Origin: a virus
IMG/VR virus record: IMGVR_UViG_3300042455_000321
Coordinates: 1 to 64,000 of that record
Length of the DNA: 64,000 bases
Strand: one strand, 5' to 3'
Below the pieces are notes generated by a model that saw only the letters and a list, made by a program, of their open reading frames with translations, had not been told where the DNA came from and did not search any database. Each line of letters opens with the position of its first letter. The stretch's first letter is position 1. Shown piece after piece: positions 43,801 to 52,600 of the stretch. Made by a program: the position numbers and the translations under genes.

Positions 43801-45441
43801 ATGGCATTTACTCCAGAACAAATAGCAAAAGCTTTTGCAGGTGCTCAAGGTGATATATATGAGGTCTTTCAACAAAGAGCTAACCAAGAAGCTAAGCAAA
43901 CTCAATTAGAAAGAGCTTATGCTAAACAACAATTAGACGCTGAAAGAAAGGAAAGAGCTGAAAGAAACGCAGCTTTAAATGATGTATTGACTGCTCAAAG
44001 AAACGCTAATTTAGCTACTGGTACTAAGTTAGATGAGTTGTATAACCAAAAAAGCATGGAGATATACCAAGATGCTTTTAACGCAGAAAATGCTCAATTA
44101 TATAAAGATAACTTACCTCTTTGGAAACAACAAGTTATCCCAAAACTTACAGCTTTAAAAAGCCAAGAAGAAAGTGTTGCATCTGGGTTAAAAAAAGTTG
44201 ACGAGTATATTGCTAAAAAGAACCAAGAATTAGGAGGGGCTTTGAATGTTCCTGCTGTAAGAAATGCAATCATTGACGGGTTGGCATTTGACGCTAACAA
44301 TAAAGTTACAGGTTCTTTAAATGCAGAAGATGCCACGTTAGATGCAATATTATCAGGTCACTATGACTTTAAAAATAAAAAACCAATAGATAGTGGTGCT
44401 GACTCAGCTGAATATGCTGCTGACTTTTACGACCCTACTAGAACTGAAAACCTGGTTATTACTAAGTTTAAGCCAGATATGGTTCAACCTATCCCTGTAA
44501 AGTATAGACAAAATGGTATTCTTATGAATGATATTTATAAGATGCCTTCTTATTATAAAGTAGTTGAGGGACAGAAAGACCCTGTATTAGACGTTGTTTC
44601 TATTAAAGGTAAAGATGGTGGTGAATATACTGTTGCTTCTGAAAATATGAAACAATTACTAACCAAAGAACCTATTTCCAGAATGGCAATTCAACACCAT
44701 GCAAGAATGTTGAAAGACACACCTGAAGGTCAAGAAGCTTTTACAAACTTAGACAAAAATCAATTTAATGATTACGTTATAGCTGACTTTTCTAAAAAGC
44801 TACCTAAACCTTTCAAAGAAGAAACAAGAGTTGACCCTAATGATAAAGAGTTGTTTGATAGAATGACAGCTAGAGCTAGAGGTGATAAAGAAGATAAAAC
44901 AAAAGATAGCTTAGACTATTTGATGTCTTTATATGGTAAATCATACCCGCAAATAGGTAATTACCCTACTCCAAGTAAAGCAAACTACTCAGAACAAAAC
45001 CTACCTTCTGGGGTTGACATGGGTAAACTTCATGATATAACTTCTAAATCTGGTTCAGACTTATTAAAAGACGCAAGTAACATTTCTTTCAAAATATGGA
45101 AAGATGAAACTACTGGCCAAGATTACTTCTCAGTTGAAGAAACTAAAGGTGCTAACTCTGTACAAACAGCATTATCTAAAGAAGCTGATAGAAAGGGTTG
45201 GAAGAAAGGACACTTCTATAAAGTTCCAAGTGTAGATTGGTATTTTAATTTCCCTTCTACAAGTGGCAGAACAGATACTAGAACAATGGAGAAAACAAGT
45301 AGAGATGTTAAAGCTGGTTCTACTGCCCCTGTTACTACAACAGCTGCAAGTGTTACTACTGCTGCACCTTCTGGTGTAAACTGGGCAAAAAAACAAAAAG
45401 ATGCTGAAGAAGCAAAAGCAAAAGCAAAAGTTAAAAAATAA
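43801..45441 (+). CDS. Putative internal virion/ejection protein (546 aa)
   Basis: No Cys, Q/A/K-rich helical N-terminus, first gene of cargo operon. Confidence 0.55.
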   Translation: MAFTPEQIAKAFAGAQGDIYEVFQQRANQEAKQTQLERAYAKQQLDAERKERAERNAALNDVLTAQRNANLATGTKLDELYNQKSMEIYQDAFNAENAQLYKDNLPLWKQQVIPKLTALKSQEESVASGLKKVDEYIAKKNQELGGALNVPAVRNAIIDGLAFDANNKVTGSLNAEDATLDAILSGHYDFKNKKPIDSGADSAEYAADFYDPTRTENLVITKFKPDMVQPIPVKYRQNGILMNDIYKMPSYYKVVEGQKDPVLDVVSIKGKDGGEYTVASENMKQLLTKEPISRMAIQHHARMLKDTPEGQEAFTNLDKNQFNDYVIADFSKKLPKPFKEETRVDPNDKELFDRMTARARGDKEDKTKDSLDYLMSLYGKSYPQIGNYPTPSKANYSEQNLPSGVDMGKLHDITSKSGSDLLKDASNISFKIWKDETTGQDYFSVEETKGANSVQTALSKEADRKGWKKGHFYKVPSVDWYFNFPSTSGRTDTRTMEKTSRDVKAGSTAPVTTTAASVTTAAPSGVNWAKKQKDAEEAKAKAKVKK

Positions 45442-45452
45442 AAATCACTTTA

Positions 45453-48400
45453 ATGCAAGATAAAATAGTTATTAATGGCGTTGTATTAAATGACGATGAC
45501 CAAGATTTAATTAACCAAGCATATATTGACCAATATGGTAAGTTAGATTACGAGAGTCCTGATTTTAACAATAGAATGGACGCTCTTGCAAAAGACTACA
45601 TGGGTTGGAAGAAAGGCGAGTTAGATAAAAGTTCCTCTAAATTAATTAATTCATCTTGGACAGATTTAAAAACCCAAGCAAGCCCACAATACCATAATGC
45701 TTTAATGCATCTTTCTGGTATGCCTATATCTTCATTAAATCAACCTATAGAGTATACAGCACCAGAAGTTAAAGTTACTGCAGAGAAAAAGAAAAGATTT
45801 GTTGGTCCAGTTGAAGAGGTAGATTATAGCCCTCAAAGAGAGTTTAAATTTGAGCCTGAGATTGCAGAAGCCAATAAACAAGAACAATATGACCCATTTA
45901 CCAAATACGCTGGTGATTTCTTAGTTAAAACAGCAGGTAAAGTTTGGCAAGGTATTGGTTCTTTTCTATCTGATGTTGGTAGAGCAAAAGCTGAATTACA
46001 AAAAAATCAAGAGTCATTAGAAGACTACGATGTACAAGAAGCTGTTAGCAAGATAAACAAAGCAGAGAAAGGTATATTTACTAAGCCAGCAGAGAGAGTT
46101 AAGCAAGAGTTTATTAAAGACGTTGAACAAGTACCTATTATTGATGAGAAGACTGGTAGTGTTAGCCCTAAAGGTTTTGCTCAAGGCATAACAGGGATTG
46201 CATCTACTATTGCCCCATACACTATTCCTGTTGAGGGTATCGGTGCTTTAACTGCTGATATAGCTACTAGCAAATTAGGAAGATGGGGTATTAATTTAAC
46301 TAGCAATTTTATGAATCAGTTTCCTAAAGTATTCTACCTAACAAAAGGTGAGTCTTTAGAACAAGCTGATAAGATGGGGCTATCTGAAGAAGATGCTCAT
46401 AAGTTTGCTACAGCTAATGGTTTGGCAACAACATTTGCCTTTTCTCTTCCTGGGTCTTTCCTTAATTTAAACCCATACAAGAATACATTATCTAAGTTTA
46501 TACTTAACCCTAAGAACTTGTCTACAACTAGACAAATGTTAAATTTTGGTACAGGAGCTGCAATGAGTGGTACTTCAGGTGCATTAGCAACCGTAGGGGA
46601 GAAAGTAGCAAAAGACTTGTACGCTGAAAATAGAATACCTATGCAAGGTGATTTAGTAACTGCCAAGTTACCTAATAACCAAGTTGTAAAAGAAAAGATT
46701 ACAGGCGTATTTGAAGATGGTACTTATAAAGTAGGTGATTTGGATATACCTTTTCAAGCTGCTGATATACAATTAGAGCCAGAAGAGTACTTATCAAAAG
46801 AAGCAATGAAAGAGTATGGTAAAAGCTTCTTGTCTATGGCCGCACTCCATGGGTTAATGGATTATAAAGGTGCTGGTAGAATGTTCAAAAACAACAACAG
46901 TTACTATACAAATACTGTTGCTGATATGGCTTCTCCTAAGAACTTTGCCAATAGTGTAACGCAAATATCAAGAGAGATAAATAGTGGAGTTGTATCGCCA
47001 GAACAAGGAAGAAAAGCAATTTCATTATTAAACAAAATACAACCATATGTTACAGATGCTATGGTATCTATGGAAAACAACCCTAGATTTAATAAAAAGT
47101 ATTTTGGTAACTATGTGTTTGCTTCAGCAGAAAGAGAAGACTTAATCAACAAAAGAAACCAAGCTGCTAAGCAAATGTCTACAAGCTTATCAGAAGGAGA
47201 AGAAGTTCAAGTAAGAGACAACAACGGAAAAGTTATTACAAGCAATGCTACTGTTGAGTCTATTAATGAAGGACCTGATGGTAATATCCAATTTAAAGTA
47301 TCTGGTATTGATGCACCTGTAAGTGCAGAGAACATTATACCTGTAAGAAATACAGAAGCTGCCGATAAGATGGAGGCAATTTCTAATCAAATAAATACTG
47401 TATCTCGAGATATTAAAAAGATACAAGATGGCAATGCATTTAGAGGTAGATTAGTTACTTCTAATGAAGTTGTACAAAAGGCTTCTGATGCTTCACCTGA
47501 CGGAAGATTAAAACCTTTCCAAGTTAGGTCTATGGCTGAAATTCCATTAGGGTTTTTCTCCGAAGTTGCTAACCCATTAAGATTTGAAAACGACCCTATT
47601 GTTAAGAAACATATCAAAGATATAGAGTCTGGAAGTTTAAAGGTTACTGGAGAAGAAACAACAATGCCAATTGTTTTAGATGAGAATGGCAATATAATTG
47701 ATGGCCGTAAGAGAGTTGCTCAAGCTATCGTTGAAGCAAGAAGAGGTAGATTAGGTAACGTAGATAATTCTTTTGAAGTATTAAGACCTATTACATTTGC
47801 TGAAGCAGCTAAGAATGTATCGGATATGCATGACTCAGACCCTGAAGTGCAAAGACAATACTGGGATAACATAAAAGTTCCTGGTACTCCTGAAGCTGCT
47901 ACTCAATTAGGCGTAGAGGAAATACCTGTTGACATGAACATTAAACAGGCTACAAGTAAAGTATTCCAAGATACTAAAACAAAGATTGCTGATAACGATG
48001 AAGACGTTGATGCTACTGACGTATTAGATGGCAATGTAGAAGGTGCTTTTATTGATGAGGCTACTAATACTACAGTAACAGCTGCTGAAAAGATTAAGAC
48101 GTTTTTAGAATATTATAATACACTACCAGAGTCAGAGAAAGTAAAAGCTTTAAATGATTTTGTTAAAACCCTAAACTCTACTGTAGATGCTAATGGCAGA
48201 AAGGTATATGGGAAGAACCCAGAGTTTGAAGCTTTTAAAGCTGCTGTAGACTTCTTGAGAAAAATGGGCGTACCTAAAGAAGATTTAGCTAGCGCACTTC
48301 ATAATGGGTTATTACCTAGTTATAATGACCAAGGAAGAGTTGAAGGATACATTAATGGTGCATTAAAGATAATGGAAAGAAAAGGTATGTTAAAAGATGA

Positions 48401-49151
48401 CGTTATTACCTTTGCTGACATTGAAACAAAAAGACAAGCTGAGGCAAAAGCAGCTGAAGAAAAAAAGTTAAGAGAAGAAAAAAGAAATAGCAATAAAGAA
48501 ATGAAGCTTAACCAATTTGCTGAAAGAGTAGCAAGTAAAGGTAAGTTAGCATTTGCTAAAAATAAAGCTGAACAAGATTACTATAATAGAAACAAAGCAG
48601 AGATAGATAGAAGAGCAGAGATAGTAAAAGAAGCTAAGAAACAACAAGCAGAGAAAGAAGCTAGAACTGAAGAAGGATTTGAAGTTGTAGGTCAAGTAGA
48701 AGGTAAACCTGTTGCTGCGGTAGAAGTTGTAGAAGAAGTTAAAACTGAAGAGCCACAAAAAGAAACTATAGTTGGGGCTAACGTATTAGGTAAGGACGCT
48801 ACAGGTGCAGAAGTAAAAGGCCAAGTAATAAATGAAATGGCTAATGGTGACTTGATAGTTAAGACTGACTCAGGTAATGTAATTATTAAGAGTGGGGACA
48901 TTTTAGAGATAGGTGGTAAAACAGCTATTATCCCTGATGAGATTACTGTTGCTACAGAAGAACAGCCATTTGAATTTGAAAGTGATATGGAAGAGCAAAC
49001 TACAGAAACTGAAGCAGCTAAACCAGAGTACACCCAGAAAGCTAAAGAAGCTGAGTTTACAAGACCAGAGAATATGAAAGACGTTAAAGACTTATTTGAC
49101 CAACTACGTAGACTTAAGTTGCTTGAATCTAAAGGAAAAGATTGTTTATAA
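45453..49151 (+). CDS. Large putative ejection protein (1232 aa) with ParB-like domain
   Basis: G/A-rich amphipathic segments, PIVLDENGNIIDGRKR, sole Cys is penultimate. Confidence 0.6.
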   Translation: MQDKIVINGVVLNDDDQDLINQAYIDQYGKLDYESPDFNNRMDALAKDYMGWKKGELDKSSSKLINSSWTDLKTQASPQYHNALMHLSGMPISSLNQPIEYTAPEVKVTAEKKKRFVGPVEEVDYSPQREFKFEPEIAEANKQEQYDPFTKYAGDFLVKTAGKVWQGIGSFLSDVGRAKAELQKNQESLEDYDVQEAVSKINKAEKGIFTKPAERVKQEFIKDVEQVPIIDEKTGSVSPKGFAQGITGIASTIAPYTIPVEGIGALTADIATSKLGRWGINLTSNFMNQFPKVFYLTKGESLEQADKMGLSEEDAHKFATANGLATTFAFSLPGSFLNLNPYKNTLSKFILNPKNLSTTRQMLNFGTGAAMSGTSGALATVGEKVAKDLYAENRIPMQGDLVTAKLPNNQVVKEKITGVFEDGTYKVGDLDIPFQAADIQLEPEEYLSKEAMKEYGKSFLSMAALHGLMDYKGAGRMFKNNNSYYTNTVADMASPKNFANSVTQISREINSGVVSPEQGRKAISLLNKIQPYVTDAMVSMENNPRFNKKYFGNYVFASAEREDLINKRNQAAKQMSTSLSEGEEVQVRDNNGKVITSNATVESINEGPDGNIQFKVSGIDAPVSAENIIPVRNTEAADKMEAISNQINTVSRDIKKIQDGNAFRGRLVTSNEVVQKASDASPDGRLKPFQVRSMAEIPLGFFSEVANPLRFENDPIVKKHIKDIESGSLKVTGEETTMPIVLDENGNIIDGRKRVAQAIVEARRGRLGNVDNSFEVLRPITFAEAAKNVSDMHDSDPEVQRQYWDNIKVPGTPEAATQLGVEEIPVDMNIKQATSKVFQDTKTKIADNDEDVDATDVLDGNVEGAFIDEATNTTVTAAEKIKTFLEYYNTLPESEKVKALNDFVKTLNSTVDANGRKVYGKNPEFEAFKAAVDFLRKMGVPKEDLASALHNGLLPSYNDQGRVEGYINGALKIMERKGMLKDDVITFADIETKRQAEAKAAEEKKLREEKRNSNKEMKLNQFAERVASKGKLAFAKNKAEQDYYNRNKAEIDRRAEIVKEAKKQQAEKEARTEEGFEVVGQVEGKPVAAVEVVEEVKTEEPQKETIVGANVLGKDATGAEVKGQVINEMANGDLIVKTDSGNVIIKSGDILEIGGKTAIIPDEITVATEEQPFEFESDMEEQTTETEAAKPEYTQKAKEAEFTRPENMKDVKDLFDQLRRLKLLESKGKDCL

Positions 49152-49166
49152 TAAAAACTATATAAA

Positions 49167-49667
49167 ATGATAAAACCAGTACAACTACCTAAAGAAGTAG
49201 TAGCAGAATTAACCCCAAGAATATGTGATGAACATAAAGCTTTTTATTTCTATAAAGCAGCAGCTAACTGGTGTTTTGAGAAAGGATATATGAAAGCAGG
49301 AGCGTTCTTCCAACACGAGTCTAAAGAAGAATTAGAACACTCTGAGATACTTGAAAAGTTTATCCGTGATTGGAATGTTATCCCTGAATTAGATGCTATT
49401 GAGCAGCCTCCTTTGGAGTTTGATGGCTTAGTAGATATTCTTGAGCAAGCATACGAAATGGAGTATAAACTTTATGAAGATTACGAAGACTCTAGCAAAG
49501 CAGTCTTTAAAATTGGAGACCTATGCGCTTTTGATTTGTTACAACAGTTTAGGACAATTCAAAAAGATAGCGTAGCTTTGTATAGCGATTTCTTAAATAA
49601 ATTAGAATTGATAGACGCTACTGACAAATTCCAATTATTCTACTTCGAAAACAAACACTTTAAGTAA
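49167..49667 (+). CDS. Ferritin-like protein
   Basis: E..A...Y...A.W....G..GA.FF..ES.EELEH, AYEME, D...FD.LQ.F..IQ. Confidence 0.9.
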   Translation: MIKPVQLPKEVVAELTPRICDEHKAFYFYKAAANWCFEKGYMKAGAFFQHESKEELEHSEILEKFIRDWNVIPELDAIEQPPLEFDGLVDILEQAYEMEYKLYEDYEDSSKAVFKIGDLCAFDLLQQFRTIQKDSVALYSDFLNKLELIDATDKFQLFYFENKHFK

Positions 49668-52600
49668 TGGATTGTATCTATACATACAAAGGGCAAACGT
49701 ATTCTTATGCCGACCTAATTAAAAAATTATCAGAAAAAGACCTTGCTTCTTTAAAGGAAAGAGGTCTTATTTCTGTTGATAGCAAAACATTTGAAGGTTC
49801 TTTATCTTCACCTACTATATTTAAAGACATTGACAATGCTATAGCTGGAGAAAACTATGGCGTTGTTACTACTGATAAAGATGGTAATGTAGTTACTACT
49901 GAGTCTATCAAGGGTTCTAAAGGAAGCTTTGACGAAACAGGGGTTAAGAAATTTGCTAATGACGTCAATGACATCTACAGAGAAAACAATAAGACTGCAC
50001 CAGGTGTTAAGGTAGTTGTTGCTGACGCTAAGACATTTAATGAAGTCCATAAAGAATACTATGATGGGGTTGAAGCTTCTGAATATGATGAGGCTTTCTA
50101 CGACCCTAATACCAAAACTATGTATATCAATGCGTCTCAAGCATCATTAGACGCACCTCTCCATGAGTCAACCCATATATGGTTTAAGTTCATAGAGAAA
50201 AGAAGCCCAAGAATATTTCAGGCTGGTATTAATATTGCAAAAGCATCATCTCAATATAACAAGTATATCAAGTATAAACAAGCTTATGATATGCTTAGGG
50301 CTAAATATCAATTTGAGAAAAAATCAGATGCTGAAGCTAAGACTCTTGCAATGGAGCAAGCAAAAAATCAAGTTGTATTAAGCAAAGCTGATAACTATCT
50401 TTATGAGTATTTTGATATTACATTAGGTAGTGGTATAGAAGGAGAAAACAATTTAGCAAGCGAAATACTTTCAAGAGAGACAGAAAAGGCGTTTAAAACA
50501 AAATCAAATAATGAGTTTTCAAAATGGTATACTACTATGATTGAAAGCTTTGTTGATAAGAAAGGATTTAAAGGATTAACATACAATCAAGTAAGTAATT
50601 TATCTTTAAAAGATTTTACTTCTAAATTGGCTGATGAAGTATCTGGAGGTATTAGAACTAAGAGTGGTAAAGCTAGAATGGCGACTACTAAACTTATTGA
50701 AGATAAAACACCTGCACAAATAGCTGCAGAACAACAACGAAACCAAAACAAGTCACCACAACAAGGTAGAGGTGCAGCTAAAAAAGAAACTAAACCTGAA
50801 CCTATATATTCTACTGATGTAATTGATATATTAAATCAATCAAATAAAGGTAAGGCTATATTAAAGAAAGCTGAAGATTTGTTTGAACAATCAGGGTTAC
50901 TACAAGAATATGCAGAGAACGAAGGGTTAAGCATGAACAACTTAACACCTCAAGATGTTAGTTCATTAACTGAACAAATATTAGGTGATATAATGGTAGG
51001 TAACCTTAGAGTACCAGCTGAATTTGCTGGTTCTAATTCTATTGGTACATTAAGCACAAGAAGAGGTAGTATGCCTTCTGGTTTAGTTGGAGACGCATTT
51101 AAAGAGTTAGGTGATGGCTTGTCTAAATCAAGCGGTAAAGACGTTTCAGGCAAACAAATCAAATCAAGATTAACAAACGAGGTTAAGCCTACTACCGCTG
51201 AAAAAATTCCGTTTGCAAAAGCTAAAGCAGCATATGAAACAGAAAATATTGATAGTGGAATAAAGAGTGAAGAGGAACAAATTATTGATAAAATTGTTGA
51301 GCTTCAAGATTTATTAAACGTAGAGGACCTTTCCCCTGAAAATAAAAAAGCCATCAGAAATGAAATTAATGAGCTTGTTAAAAAACAGCAAGCAATTTCT
51401 GAAAATCAAGGTAAAGTTTATAAAGGTTCTGGTGACATTGAAGCATTGCCTTCTTCTGAGAAACCTTTAAAGAAGATATCTGATAGAGAAGAAGATGTTG
51501 TTGGAGATGTTGTTAATATTAGAACTGACGAAAAGAAATTAGCTAAGAGACAAATCAATTTAAAAAATTGGTTATTACCTGCTGATAGAAAATTACCAAT
51601 GTCAGCATTGTCTGAGTTGGAAAAGGCTCAAGGTATGAAAGCATACTATGAGAGAACCGATATTGAATTATTGAATACTTTAAAGAATGAAATGTCAGAA
51701 TACATTGGTGAATTAAACCAAGGTAAAACTGAACCAGACCCTATGGGTACAGCTGAAGGTTTATCTAAAGTTATTGATAATGCATTGAAAGGTGATAGAG
51801 CTGCATTTGATTTACTTAGCCCTAAATTAAAAACTACTGTAGATTTAATGAGGTCTAATATAGATAACGCATCTGAGTTCATTATGGGCACAGGTTGGTT
51901 AAGTGCTGCTGAGTTATCTGAGTATCAAAAAAACCTAGGTACTTATGTAGCTAGATTATATGATAAATATACAACCCCTAATGTACCTGTATCTAAGAAA
52001 GTTAAAGATAGAATAATATCTAAAATACCTGGACTAAGAGTATTAGTTAAAGAAGATAAGCCAATAGCAAATGCACAATGGGTTAAAGACTTATCTCCAG
52101 AGCAAATAAAAAATGCTATTGATGGGTTCCAAACATGGGTTAAGAATGGTTATTCTGATACAGCTGCTGATATCAATGCTGGAACAGGTTTTAGACAAAG
52201 AGCAATAGATTTGCAAGGTTTAAAAGATAAATTAACTGCTGAAACCCAAAAGAAAATAGATGCAGAGACTGCTATGAATAGTGGGGAGGTTAAGAATAAA
52301 AATAAATGGCAAACTGAATACAATGAAATTATCAACAATATTGATAAATTAACTAAAGAGTATGAGGCTGAAGAAAATCAGTACAATAAAGACGTAATTG
52401 ATGAAGCTAAAAGATTATATGAAGATGCTATCCAACATGTAGAGAAAGGTCAGTATATGGAGTCAGCTAATGGTTCTATAAACACTAAGCAATTCATGAA
52501 GAGAAAGGACTTGCCACAATGGTACAGAGAAGTTATTGGAGAAAGCAATAATGTATTTAAAAATTACTTCTATACTATTGGTAGATTGCAAAACCTTGGT

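Noticed and set aside
44825-44835. 11-nt antisense match to the insert of tRNA-like RNA 2 (guide-target idea)
   Set aside because: About one such match is expected by chance in 64 kb.
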